A DNA stretch of 64,000 nt from NCBI GenBank assembly GCA_025201805.1, contig MU619254.1, positions 20,379 to 84,378 on the forward strand. The letters are read 5' to 3'. Positions 14,226-27,013 of the stretch are shown here, in pieces. Below the pieces are notes generated by a model, which was not told where the DNA came from, did not search any database, and was given only the letters and a program-made list of their open reading frames with translations. Each line of letters starts with the position of its first letter. Positions within the stretch are counted from its first letter, which is position 1. Position numbers and translations under genes: made by a program. The stretch comes from Parasitella parasitica NRRL 2501. Taxonomy: Eukaryota > Fungi > Mucoromycota.

Positions 14226-14303
14226 AGATCATGCCAAACAAGGGCAGATTAGTAATCATTTGTAAGATCATTCCAAACAAGGACAAAGTTGTAATAATTT
14301 GAG
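14226..14303. repeat. Two imperfect ~39-bp tandem units downstream of the bZIP gene
   Basis: agatcatgccaaacaagggcagattagtaatcatttgta followed by agatcattccaaacaaggacaaagttgtaataatttgag. Confidence 0.7.
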
Positions 14304-14421
14304 AAGATTGTAATTTATGAGATTTATTATTCAGAAAAAAAATTTATAAAGATAAAAAAAAAAGTAGAGATGGATAAAGATATAAAGAAAAAAAAGAGAC
14401 AAAGATGTCTACCATAAATAA

Positions 14422-15261
14422 TCAAGAACGAGAAGAGAGTGCTTTATGTGCTTCAGCTAATTGAGCTTCCAAAACCTTGATGCGATCTTCATAAGAGGAT
14501 TCTTTTGCCTTCAAGTTTGTCTTTTCCGAGTCCAACACAGCAACACGCATCAACAAACCTGCGTTGATCTTCTCAAGGTCAGAAACACGAGTCTCAAGAG
14601 TCTCCATTTTTTGAACTTTACGAAGGCGGGAACGGCGAGCAGCATCTGTATTCTTTTGACGTTTTACTGCAGCATCGTCATCAGGATCAACGTTGTCAGC
14701 AGTTCTTTTGCGAGTACGAGATGGAGAAGGAGACGCAGAAAAAGTAGGAGTAGATGCACTAATGACAGCAGGTGATACTTTGGGTGGAACAGCAGCAGTG
14801 AGGACTGGAGTAGGAGCAGCAACAGCGGCTAATGCAGCCAATGCAGCAGGCAATGAGTCACCAATATCAGCAAACAAGCTGGCCATTTGAAGCTGAGGGG
14901 TAGCAGATACATCAGTAGTGGTAATGGTGGCAGGCGTTGCAGCAACATCAACAGAGGCAGAAGGCATAGAAAAGAATTGTGGAGTAGGAGAATCCAATAT
15001 GGCAGAAACATCTAGATCAACAACGCTGGAGTCAGCTAACGATGACTTTGAAGCTATTTTATCCTTTGATTGGAAAGGAGGAGACATGAGGAATTGGTCG
15101 AGAGGGGTGGCAATTTCAGGAGAAGAGTTGACGCTGCACTCGGAAAGAAAATCTTGCTTAAGCCATTCGTCAAACATGGATGAGGATTCCTGGGCAGGCG
15201 TGGTAGTACCCATTACTGGCGTAAGGGACTGATATAGTTGAGTAAAAACGTCTTGGGTCAT
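14422..15261 (-). CDS. GCN4: Gcn4/CpcA (cross-pathway control) bZIP transcription factor
   Basis: Basic region KRQKNTDAARRSRLRK followed by a leucine zipper; acidic/hydrophobic N-terminal activation region; uORF-containing leader. Confidence 0.85.
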   Translation of the reverse strand: MTQDVFTQLYQSLTPVMGTTTPAQESSSMFDEWLKQDFLSECSVNSSPEIATPLDQFLMSPPFQSKDKIASKSSLADSSVVDLDVSAILDSPTPQFFSMPSASVDVAATPATITTTDVSATPQLQMASLFADIGDSLPAALAALAAVAAPTPVLTAAVPPKVSPAVISASTPTFSASPSPSRTRKRTADNVDPDDDAAVKRQKNTDAARRSRLRKVQKMETLETRVSDLEKINAGLLMRVAVLDSEKTNLKAKESSYEDRIKVLEAQLAEAHKALSSRS

Positions 15262-15323
15262 CTTTTTTTGGATTTTGGATTTAGATTTGATAGTATGATT
15301 CAGATTTAACAGATTAAAGATTT

Positions 15324-15436
15324 CTATTTCAACAGGGCAGTAGTAGTAGTAGTGGTTTTCGAGACTTGCACGTCTTTTTTGTTGTTAATGGGCATTTTTG
15401 AGTGTGTAAACATATTTGCGAAATGTTGTAAACCAT
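15324..15436 (-). promoter_or_regulatory. Overlapping downstream uORFs of the GCN4/cpcA leader: 15436-15329 (35 aa) and 15413/15395-15324 (29/23 aa)
   Basis: These three AUGs are the only others in the leader. Both uORFs are out of frame with the main ORF and stop about 60-70 nt before its ATG. Confidence 0.75.
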
Positions 15437-15527
15437 ATTGGTAAACGAGTTGTTTGATTTAAAAACGATGTAAAGTATTTGGTGTCTGGTTCTATATATT
15501 CGTCTCCGGAAGGAACGAGCGGTAAAT

Positions 15528-15545
15528 TTAAGCAGTGAAAGCCAT
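15528..15545 (-). promoter_or_regulatory. uORF1 (MAFTA*) of the GCN4/cpcA leader
   Basis: ATG GCT TTC ACT GCT TAA in a strong context (A at -3, G at +4); it is the first AUG downstream of the TATA box. Confidence 0.8.
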
Positions 15546-15794
15546 CGTATATAACGGAATAAGTAAAAATGTAAATGTAGAAAGGGTTTGCAAGGGTTTA
15601 AAAATTAAGAGGTGTAGGTAAAAGTAGATGTAAGTTTTCTTTTACCAAAAGAAAACTATACGAATATGCAGTGTACTGGGATGACTAACAGAGATGTAGC
15701 ACCCAACGAAACAAGTAAGAGATTTTTGTGTTAAAGAAACAGACAAGGAAAAGAAAGAAAAAAAAAAAAGGATTTTCGAAAATGGAGATTTTGC

Positions 15795-15857
15795 TTTTAT
15801 AGCCTTGCAGAAGCCATTTCATGATTGGATTTCGTCAAAGATAACAGAATGACTCAT
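15795..15857 (-). promoter_or_regulatory. GCN4/cpcA promoter: TATAAAA (15801-15795), CCAAT (15828-15824) and Gcn4-response element ATGACTCAT (15849-15857)
   Basis: Exact motifs are visible in a plausible order upstream of the leader. Confidence 0.7.
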
Positions 15858-16844
15858 TCATTCAGCTTTCCTGTTATAGAAGTTTTTCCTAGTTTTTTTT
15901 TTCACATCAAACAGTGGCTTAAAGAAATTGATCAACACATCTTACTACTGGGCCAATGTACAAGTGCAAGCCTTTAAAAAAAAAGAGGCATATTCATATT
16001 ATCCGATAATGCATTCAACAAGAAAGAAGTTCAAGCAATCTTTGAGTAAAAGATTTGAGCTATCCACTAACATTACTGACCCATTTGAGCTGCAGTGTTG
16101 CTTAAAACGTAAATAAAAAATATATAAGGCCTAAAATGAATATGAATCTCTATGATACTAGCCCTTAGAATATTGCTATTATTCAGAGAATACTTTATAT
16201 TGTCACCGATATAGCCCATCCCTCTGCATATCTGTTCAGAGAATCTACATCCCATACCCAACCCCTCAAAGGTGGAAGAGGCATCATTGTCAATCATGAC
16301 GGATTTGATCGTTGGTGAATTGATCGAGACTAAACGCCTGCTTGAGAGAGAGTTGATATGTGTAAATTAAACCGTTGGCAGCTTAGACCCATCTCCACCA
16401 TTGACTTTGATAATAAAATTGTAAAGAAAACACTCGCAACCCTGTAAGTTTTATGTCTTTTTGATGCATCTTGCAGAGAATTTTAATAACTGGTTTAACA
16501 ATTAAACCATTCCATTTGTTGAATGATACACTCTCTGCTTTTTTACATCAGTTTATGTTGTTAAATGCAAGACAGTCAAAGTGAACAATGAAGTATATGA
16601 ATATAATAGAGGAATAGTTGTCTGTGTTATTCTCAACATGGCATCGTTATACATTTAAGTATTAGCTCCTGTCGGCACTTGCTGGTATTTCATAATGATT
16701 AGATATCAATGCAACCATTTCGCGTAAATAGATTATATACAAAAATTAAATGTTTATCCGATTTTACATTCTGCGCGTTGATAAATATCCATCCTGTCAA
16801 GGAATCAGGCCCATTTTTTCTTTTCTTTTATTAATTTTCATAGA

Positions 16845-18142
16845 ATGTCAGCTACGTTGAGCCCCATAACAAATTTTTGGGGTGAAGTGTGAGTAAAATA
16901 ATGGCAGTGAAGATGTATAGAACTAATATTGTTTGAATAAACGATAGTACGTCTACCATTGACTGGTGTGAAGTGAGTACATTGTGACAAATAATTCTAA
17001 TGATTTGCCAACATGTAAAGATTAGGAAAACTATACTGTAAGCCCATATTTAGCTGAATTTTGGAATACGATTACAAATTTAGGTTTTGGTAAGTAAAAA
17101 AAAAGAGTCGCACAAACCTCTGTGTGTCCTTGGTCATTGACAATCGTTGTGTGCGTGGCAGTATTCTTCTCTTTGTTTGGGATTTACAATGTTCTAAAAA
17201 ATGGGTCGAGCAAGATCTTCATCCTCGCTTATTTAGGAGTTGCATTTGTGGGCTTTGGGTCGTATGTGGCTTAAATGGATATGCCAAGAACAACATACTA
17301 ATGTTATATATCTATAGATGGTGTTTCCATATGACACTTCAATATGAAATGCAGTTATTAGACGAATTGCCTAGTAAGTTCTTGTCGCAAGTGATGCACA
17401 TGCATTTAATACGGCCTTTGTAGTGATCTATGTCGCCAGTATCGTAATGTGGCTCACGTAAGTTCCTCCCTTCTCGACCCAAGTGGAAAACTGAACATGC
17501 TATGATCAGATTTGTCGCAGATCCTAAAAATGAAAACACCTTAAAGGTCCCGATTACGTTAACTGTATATTCTGCCGTGGTTACTTGGTCGTACCTCATC
17601 ATCAACAACCCAATTTTTCATCAAGTTTCATATGCCATCCTTGTCATTGGCGTTGTTTTTAGAGCCATCAAACTATTCAACAATGTGCCTAAATCGTACA
17701 TCTACGAAGTGTCTAGAATGCAATGTCTACTTTGGATGTCTGCTATGGGATTCGTCGTAGCTTTTATTCTTTGGAATATCGATAACCAATTCTGTAGCAA
17801 TCTAAGATCATGGAGAAGGGCTGTTCCGTTTTTAGTTGGTGCTGTTAGCGAGGTAAGAGCATATGACATGTCTTTTTACATGTCGTCTTGACCATCTATT
17901 TATAGCTACATGGATGGTGGCACATCGGAACTGGTAAGATATTATTGGTTATGGTGTAGAGTGCATAATTAACATGTAATTTTGCCATAGGGTTGGGCGT
18001 ATATTACTTTATCGTATTTTGCGAATGGATTCAGCCTACATTGGCATCTAATAATAGAAAGGCCTTCAGATTGCACTGGGCTGGTCCTCTTTGTTATTTA
18101 AGAGTTGTTGGCACTACTCATAGTACTAATAAAAAGGAATAA
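16845..18142 (+). CDS. Alkaline ceramidase (Ypc1/Ydc1/ACER family), many short exons
   Basis: Spliced FWGEVTSTIDWCEENY, AEFWNTITN, FHMTLQYEMQLLDELP, WNIDNQFC and LHGWWH motifs; TAA at 18140-18142. Confidence 0.92.
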
Positions 18143-18335
18143 CTGTCTGCACGTGATACATGGGAGGCGCATATTTATATATTCTGGTGCGTGTGCTCTG
18201 TTTAACATTTTCAGAAAAAAAGTGCCTTGCCACCTCCTCTCGCGCTAGCTGGCTCTCCTGATATATAGCGTCCTCTTTTCACCCTCCTTTATTTACACCT
18301 TTATCTCTCTCTCTCTCTCACTCGATATAAAAAAA

Positions 18336-19794
18336 ATGTTGCAACATGGCAGAAATTCATCTTTATCCTCGATCGCAAACTCATTCAATGATACTTGCTC
18401 GATTTCCTCCGGCTCGCCAAGAACCCCACCTTTAAATTCACCTTATGTTTCTCCAGGGGGATCACCTAGAGACTCATTGAATCAGCAATTTGCCAATAGT
18501 ATGTCTCTTCAGCCACCTTTAATCAACAACAGCAGTAAAAATAGCAATAACACATTTGTCCACAAACTATACAAGTAAGGACACACCTGCATATATCATG
18601 TATTCATATAATAACGGTTATTTTTTAAATAATTTAGCATGGTGGTGGATCATCAATATCAGTATCTAATTGCTTGGAATTATACAGGATCCTCATTTAT
18701 TGTTTGTAATATCATGGAATTTTCAAAAGATGTTTTACCAAAGCATTTTAAACATAATAATTTCAGTAGTTTTGTTCGACAGCTCAACATGTACGGCTTT
18801 CATAAAGTAAACAAATCGCCAAGAGGACATCGAACGCTAGCAGAGAACCAAATCTGGGAGTTTTCTCATCCAAAGTTCATCAAAGATCGCCCTGATATCC
18901 TAGACGAAATCAAACGCAAATCACTGGAAACCGAGAATACTACGAAAAGAGATCATGGCGATATCAACTCTCACATGGCAATGATGCAAGTATCTCAATC
19001 TGAAATGATACAACAGTTGGCTCGGTTGCAAGACAATTTTACCCAAGTTGTACGTGAACTAGCCGAGACAAAAAGTAGGCAAAATAAGCAATACCAAATG
19101 TTGAAGAACATGATGGAATTTTTATCAAGTCGACAGCAACAAGAGTCGCAGAGTAAGTGGTTAAAACAGGCAAATATAGACATTTACTTATATTTAGTTT
19201 TTTTTAGTTCAAGTACCACCAGAGCTTAATATGGGCTTTGACTTGCAACACGAGGAGCGACCACCTTCGATTTTTATAACATCTCACGATACCAATACAT
19301 TACAAAACACCTATTTTAATCGCAATACGAATTCGCCATCGCCATCATCACCTAGAGCACCTGTACTCACTGTGCAAACTCATAATTTATCCCCACAATT
19401 AGGATTGCCACCTAATAGTCCTTTAGATCAGCAAAATTCTCCAGCATTAAGTGCATATCATACGGCATTAAATACACCAGTATCCCCTAGTCCTAGTCCA
19501 TTTATCTCAGATGATGATATTCCTAGTCTTTATAGTCCACACAGTCCGTTAACGCCAAATACATTTACGATTAATGATGGCTATTACAATACACAACATC
19601 AACATCAACATCAACATCAACATCAACATCAACAGCAACAGCAACAGCAACAGCAACAACAGCAACAGCAACAGCAGTACTATATTTCGCCTCCCCTTCA
19701 ACAGCAGCAAGATATAGATATGATGGATCAACATTCATTAGGAGGAGGGGTTACATACAATTCATTTACGTTAGGGGTTCAACGAACTAGATAA
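18336..19794 (+). CDS. HSF-type DNA-binding transcription factor with coiled coil and Ser/Pro- and Gln-rich tail, 3 exons
   Basis: FVHKLY|NMV...IAWNYTGSSFIV...LPKHFKHNNFSSFVRQLNMYGFHKV...WEFSHPKF. Confidence 0.92.
19594..19677 (+). repeat. Coding (CAACAT)n/(CAACAG)n repeat encoding a QH repeat then poly-Q
   Basis: Hexanucleotide repeats are directly visible in the last HSF exon. Confidence 0.9.
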
Positions 19795-22045
19795 TCCCAC
19801 CTTTTCTCTTATTCTTTTTTTTTAATTATTTATTTCATATATATAAATATATATGTATATTTCTTTATTCTTATACATAAATTTAGCCATGTTTAATAAA
19901 AATTGATTCCTCTGAAAAGAGGAGCTATTAACACTAAGAAAGCATAGATTTATGCCTTTGCATGATTGTATACATGGTGGCCACATATACAAATACAAGG
20001 AGGCGTAGATATGCACAAGTGTCTTGCTTCTACTTTGTAATCCATCAAAATCAGCAATATTTACTATTTTATTCGATTCAATGGCGAGTAACAAAGCTAG
20101 TTTGAAAGATGTCCCCATATATCATTATAGCCATTAACACTATAGATATTAGGCTATAGCATGTGATACCACAAAAACGGAAAAAAATCGCATAAGAATC
20201 AATATGGCTTTTGTGGAGGTGAAGGAAGGAGTTGGCGATATTCCATGTCAATTTTAAGTGATCCAGAGGGCCTTTGCTTCAAAATAAAATAATTTCTAGT
20301 AGCCACAAAATTAGGGCGCAGCTTAGTCACCACCGTTTTAGGAATTTTTTAGAAGATGTCCCTAATCATGAGGAAAATCTATAAATAATGATCTGACCAT
20401 GGTACCATTGAGAATGCTTTCTTGCTATATATTATCTAATAGCGACGTTCAACGATCATAATGTTTGGACTGTAAATGACGCGCCAATTTTTTATATACC
20501 TCTGTTTTTTTTATTTCCTCTTATTTCTCATATGCCCCACAATATGGTATACGAAAGAAGCAGTTTAATCAATTATTTTAATTTAACCTATACTAAATTC
20601 CAGGATTCATAATTTATTGATGTTAGATCTCACGAAATAAACATTTGCCATAACAAGACCACATATTCTTTACACAGAAACCAACATATCAAAAGTTATC
20701 AGCAAAAACAGTTTTATTTTTCATAATTTATCATATATATCAGATATTTGCTCATATCTTGTGCTAAAATAATCGTAAAACCGTGATCTAACTTGGAAAA
20801 CTTAGCATTGACTTGGCGCTATTTAGCAGCAACATTGGCATTCATGTTTTTATTGATATTCATAAAGTTATCAGATGATATCACAAATTTTCATAGCGCA
20901 ATTGTATATAATCGATGATAGGCTTCGATAAAGAGCAAAATAAACACTGTCTTATGCGCCATAAGTACAGGCATGATCATCGCTATATGAGCATAACTTG
21001 CTTTCCACTGGGCGATATTTCTATCAAACGTTTTTTTCTTTTCGTATCAGAGTTTGAAATATAACTACGTGCTTTTAGTTTTTCCTGAGTAGTTGGAAAC
21101 CTTACAAGACGTGTGCTTTTTCATTGTTGGTCATCATCGTCAGTAAAACTGATTTCAAATCGGTAGAACCCCATCTGGTAAGACAAACTTTGCATAATTG
21201 AATACGCATATTTCAGCAAAGTGGGATGTTATATGAATGAACTGAAGAAAATCAAATTAATAATCAATAAATGTCAACTGGACAAAGGTATAGATTTTAT
21301 TAGCAAATCGTCAAGTGGTGTATAAAGCTTTAGTTTACCTACTGGCCTGGTAAATGAATCTTCATGTATACTTAAGCTATGGATACATGTTCTACTGCCT
21401 TAATTTAACGTGCACGACAATTATAATTAATCGGCATCTTTACTTTCGTGCTAAACGACATCTCGGCAAATTGAAAAAATAACTTTGTTCTTTCTGAGTG
21501 AGTAGATAGACTTTACGTGAGGTACCTTGATCAATCTTCGATACGGAAATTATCAATATTCGTTCATAAGCGTGTACCTTTTTAGTATAGTCTTACCTAG
21601 TCTATATTAATAGTACATGTTTGAATGTATATCACTTGGTATTCATCCTAGCATATATTTGTATATGTAGCATGTCTATAGCATGTCTTGAGCATATGTA
21701 TAGCATTGCATATATCGTACAATTCTGTGGTAAACAATGCATCTGTAGCTAGTTGTATCATAGATATAAGAATATATCTTCTAGTGCGTACCTGGAAACT
21801 GGGAATACGCATCTGAAGCATAGATCTTATATGGCATAAGCTTGTAGCACATACTAAATCTAGTAAATGTCTATGGCTCGTGTCGAGATATAAGTTTAAG
21901 TCTATAGCGTCATCCATTCTAATGGTGCCATCTCTGATCTATATGAATTTAAGGTAACTGGATGAATCTAGAAATGGAACGCAGATCATTATAGTAAATG
22001 CATTTCACAAAGTTAATAAAAATCTATATTTATTTATCGGAAAGT

Positions 22046-23299
22046 CTATTTCTTATTACTAGTGAGATAAACTGATCCGGTTGCTTTTACATATTGTATA
22101 GGTGTAGGGTCTAATTTTTTCTTGGCAACTAATTCAGAAGCTACACGAAGAAAAGTAACTACGACGTGTTCAGGTATTTGATAGTGAAAAACAATTCTAG
22201 TCTCATAATCAGTATCTTTAGACATGATAATTCCATGTTGCTTTAATGCGGCTGCTAAAGCATCCACAGTGATTCCAACGGGTGCTGTATTCAGAAATAT
22301 CATGTTGGTTTCGCAAGGATAACTAAGCTCCATATTCAGCTCTTGCAAGCCAGTTGCTAATCGTTTAGTCAATTCGTGTGTTTGTTTCATTGTAGGTACA
22401 ACTTTGTCAATGCAATGTTGAGCAGTTATGGCTAGAGATCCTGCTTGTCGCCATCCACCGCCCATCAGCTTGCGAATATGACGAGCTTTAATAATGTTCT
22501 GTCTCGATCCTGCCAACATGGATCCGATGGGCGCACCAACTCCTTTGGATAAACACACAGATACGGTATCAAAGTATTGGCTATATTCATGCAGTGGAAC
22601 ACCTGTTTCCTCACTAGCATTCCAGAGACGGGCTCCATCTAAATGCATTTTAATATCTCGAGATATTGTGAATTCACGGATTCGTTTGATTTCGTCTAAT
22701 GGAATGATGCAACCATTCAGTGTATTCTCCAAGGCAACCACTTTGGTGACAGGTGAACAAGTTGTGTCCATAATTAAATTCGATTTAATATCTTCTACTG
22801 TCAGATGATGCCCATTTCGAGGTACTACAGGAGAAGCACTGGCTTGTGAATGGTAAGCAAGTCCTCCACATTCATAATTAAAAATATGAGACCGAGCGTC
22901 GAGCAAGACTGAGTGAGGAGGCTGCTGAAGTAAGGTGCGAAGACCTAGCTGGTTGGTCATGCAACCACTGACACAAAACAAAGCTGATTCCTGACCTAAG
23001 AGCTTAGCGACATGTGCTTCCAGTGCATTTACCGAGGTATCTTCCTAATCAACAGATTAATATAAATATTCATCTTTCAAATGATTGCATACACCAAAAA
23101 CGTCATCTCCCCTGCTGGCAGTCTTCATTATATCAAACATGTCATCTGTTGGTTCAGTCGCTGTATCACTCGTGATATCATAAAATCGGTTACGCTGATA
23201 TGGCATGGTTGAAAAATGTCTGTTGCTTTTATTGCAAAGGGCTATAATATGTGGAGAAATTGATGATATTGATCTTTTAGAAAATGCAGAAATAAGCAT
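22046..23299 (-). CDS. GLY1: Low-specificity L-threonine aldolase, 2 exons; in-frame ATGs at 23299 and 23206
   Basis: DITSDTATEP, GDDVFG|EDT, SGCMTNQLG, LENTLNG, HLDGARLWNA, CLSKGVGAPIGS (PLP lysine), GGGWRQAG. Confidence 0.92.
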
Positions 23300-23993
23300 C
23301 TTGCACTTGTTTATTGGTAAAGAGAAACTAATATCCCATTTGAGTGACAAAAAATCCTGGGGCATCTACTTTTTTTTCCCTGGCAAAAAGTCACTACATA
23401 GCACTTCGATAATTCCCACGGAAATACCGTAGACAAAAGTTTGTATTCGACACAGAGATTAAAAAAAAACAATGCGTGTATCGAAAATGTATACATTTGA
23501 TAAGAATTTTTGCATAAATAATTAAATAAAAGTAAACATATAAAAAGTACACCATTTCTTCATCAAGTTTTTATCCACCGCTGTTATATTGAATTAGTTG
23601 CTAGGCAACAGTAATTCAGGAACAAGCAGAATTGAAATCTGCATTGCAACATTTCTACAAACAGCATTGAGACCGCTGCAAATTATTTTGCATACTAGTT
23701 TACTGTTAAATAGTTTTTTTTAATAGATTGATAAAAGGGAGAGATAGAAAATAGAAACAAAGAGGGAGATCATGATCAATATCACGAGTCTAAATAAGTA
23801 AGTGTTTATCTTGATGCTGGGTTGGTGGTTCATCAAATTTTTCTTTCCTGTTTAGGCAAAAAAGATCAGATGTGTCCTAATGCTGTATTTTAAAAATAAC
23901 AAGACATTCTTTTTACATATAAAAATGAGGGGAGATCATTTAACAGATCCTTTCTTCTTATTTCTTTATACATTTTCAACCTTACATTTAAGT

Positions 23994-25191
23994 ATGAGCA
24001 CAACATTAATTGCGTCTGCAACTTGTCCAGTTTTGACGGACGGTACTACAGCTATTCAATGGATATATGTAAGACATTCACATAATATCAAATTGCTTCG
24101 TACATACTCATCAAATCTAATCAATTAGAATATCTTTGGCGATTGCGTTTACGGATGGCAAGAATCAGTTAGCTTACTGTTTGGTTACCTTTCAATATTA
24201 TGCTGGTTAAACGCACAGATGCCGTAAGTTTCCAACATGACTAAATCTACGCAATTACCCATACCTTATTTTATATAGCCAAGTGATCAAAAATTACAGG
24301 ATTCGTGATGCCGACGGGCTCAGCTTTAGCTTCCTGACGGTCTGGTTAACGGGTAGGTATTTTTGGTATTTACCAATTGAGCTGATTATTAATTACGTTT
24401 ATACAGGTGATATTGCAAACTTTGTTGGTTGCGTTATCACAGGCCAGCTTCCATTTCAAATCATTCTGTCTATTTATTTCACAATAATCGATACCATTCT
24501 ATGCTTCCAGTGGCTTTATTACGTCAAATATACAAACAACAGTATCCGTCGCTGGTTCGATGGAGATGATCAAGAATTTAAGTTTTCAGCCGCTTCTAAC
24601 GGCCCCAACACAAGTAATTCTGCAGTGGCTGATACAGAAACGCTCTACACCACATACAGTACTGGTGCTAGAGCTAAGGAGATTAACGAACAATCATCGC
24701 TTTTGGGCTCTTCTCCTCAACCCAAGAAATATGCTACTACCATGTTGATGGCATTTTGCTTCTTCAGTTTTGGGAATCTGCCTTCTGCCACTGGTTTATT
24801 TTCTGCAAACACATTAGCAGAGACGGCCACTGTCGTCATTACATCAACAACAGTAGATGATGGCAACAAGACCATTTGGGTTGGTAGATTCTTTGCTTGG
24901 CTTTGCACATTTCTTTACCTTTCTTCACGTTTACCTCAAATCTATCAAAATTTCCGTCGTCGCTCATGTGAAGGGTTATCAATGTTTCTATTCTTCTTTG
25001 CTGCAATGGGAAACCTGACTTATGTACTCAGTATCTTTACCAACCCCCACGCCACACGTGCCACCATGTTGGAAGCTGTTCCTTACATCATCGGAAGCGC
25101 TGGTACCCTGATTTTTGATGGCACTATCTTTGCTCAATATGCATTGTATACAAGCAAGGATACACGACAAACTGAAGCCGTACTTGTCTAG
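23994..25191 (+). CDS. PQ-loop vacuolar/lysosomal cationic amino-acid transporter (Ypq/PQLC2-like), 4 exons
   Basis: Two PQ loops (AQMP|QVIKNY...GLS and SRLPQIYQNF...EGLS), GDIANFVG and PYIIGSAGTL. Confidence 0.9.
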
Positions 25192-25621
25192 AGATTATTG
25201 TAAATAATTGTAAATTTTACTCTTTATTATCTTCTCCTTTATTTTTTCTCCTTTTTTTTTTTTGCAAGTAGACCTTATATACCTATACCTTTTTTTTTCC
25301 CTTAATATTTTTACCTCGCACAAACATATATACCGTACATGTTGTTGACACATTATAAGACGAAGAAATAAATATTTTGAGGGTTTTGCCCTCATGATTT
25401 GAAATATTCTCTGTTTTTCAATGGTATCACTGAAGCAGGCATCCAAAGCAGATATTACATTTAAAACCTCCTTACTATACCGATGTGAATAAAATTTCAA
25501 AGCAGAAAGTGTCAAGACATAGCTCAAACACTCGCATTTCAACGCATGAAAAACCCTTTTCAAAAAAAAAGAAAAAAAAAAATCGATTGCTTCTAAATAT
25601 GTTATTTTTGATCGAGTGAAA

Positions 25622-26860
25622 TTAACGTCTAATTGAGCTACCATTTTTGCGGTACAGAGCTTCCAATTCTGATTGCATCGCCTTAATCTGAGCATGACTC
25701 GTCTCCAAGTCCTTATTCAAACGATCTCTTTCAGAAACAAGCTTAGTCTCCCATTGACGGAAACGAGTTTCCTCCTTTTTGACCTGTTCAGTAAACTCTT
25801 TGCGCAGCGATTCTTCCTTTTCTCTGTACTTTGGATTCTCTGCCTTCACAGATTTAGCCTCGCCAGATTTACGCGTAGACAACTCAAAGAGACGATAGTT
25901 TTCATAGTGCACAAGCTCTGTTGTTTCGATTATATCCGACATATGAGAGCGAATCAACAAGTGCCTTAGTTTCTTAAAATCGCAATGCTGTTCGTTTTCA
26001 ACTTCGGCCACGCCCCACGAGTAAGCACGGCCCTTGACTGTGCGACCATCTACAGTTTGGACATCCTGAATTGAACCAATGACACTGAACGGCATAGCGG
26101 ATGTAATGGCCTTGTTGGATTGAGTTACATGTTCGTCATCGCTTTCACTAGGACATTGGTAGACCTTGATGTGATGGTGCTCTATATCATTTCTAATTCG
26201 TTGCTTGAATGCTGCGAGGTCTTTTGGTGTAAGTGTATCTGCCTTGGCAATGACAGGTATTAAATTGACTCTGGATCCCAATCGTTTCATCATTTCTATA
26301 TCCAAAGGCTTCAAACAGTGTCCTGTAGGTCTGATAAAGTACAAGCATGCATGCACTCTCATGTCAACTTTGTTGTTTCGATAGGGTTGCTGCTCTTGTC
26401 GCATGTAGCGTTCGTGCTGATCATCGATGAACTCAGAAATAGGCACCCAGCTATTATGGCTATTCACATAGTCGCCGAAACCAGGCGTATCAATGATGGA
26501 TAACTTTACTTTGAATTTGTTTTCCTCGATTTCTGGTTGTTTGCTTTAGCATATTAGATCAAGGAATTCAGGAGGGATGTACAGAGGGATGTACAATACT
26601 GAATTACCTGTTTTGGTAATTTCGATTTCAACTGTTCCACTCAGTTGCTTTCTCTGTCTTTTAGATAGATCTTTGGGATCTTTGAGTGCTGTCGAGAACA
26701 ATGTGTTGACAAAGGTGGATTTTCCTGTGCCCGATTCACCGCAGACCATGATGTTAAAGTTGACACCCTTATTAGTGACAATCTTGTGTCTTTGGTTAGG
26801 CAGATGAGCTATGCCGATGATGGGCTGATTACTGTTCGGTAAGGTGACAAAAGGAGGCAT
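25622..26860 (-). CDS. CDC12: Septin, Cdc12/Spn4 group, 2 exons
   Basis: GIAHLPNQRHKIV, GESGTGKSTFVNTLF, DTPGFGD, AKAD, GRAYSWG and the C-terminal coiled coil EETRFRQWE...ERDRLNKDLE. Confidence 0.82.
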
Positions 26861-27013
26861 AGTTTATTGATTGAGATGTAAACAAGGAAATAGCAGAGCA
26901 AAAGATAAATTTGATATACACAAGATGAAAGGGCTATTTAAACAAGGAATTGCAATTGGATGGAAATTGGTCATGTAACACAGTTAGTGGCAGGGTATAG
27001 AATGCTTGTGCGA

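Noticed and set aside
20690-20880. TTATCAGAT at 20868-20876 with nearby partial copies
   Set aside because: It lies between two convergent 3' ends with no gene start nearby, and one copy is at chance level.
21600-21960. TAGCAT/TpA-rich stretch suggesting RIP or a repeat array
   Set aside because: There is no regular period, RIP is not established in Mucorales, and the 89-aa ORF has no recognisable features.
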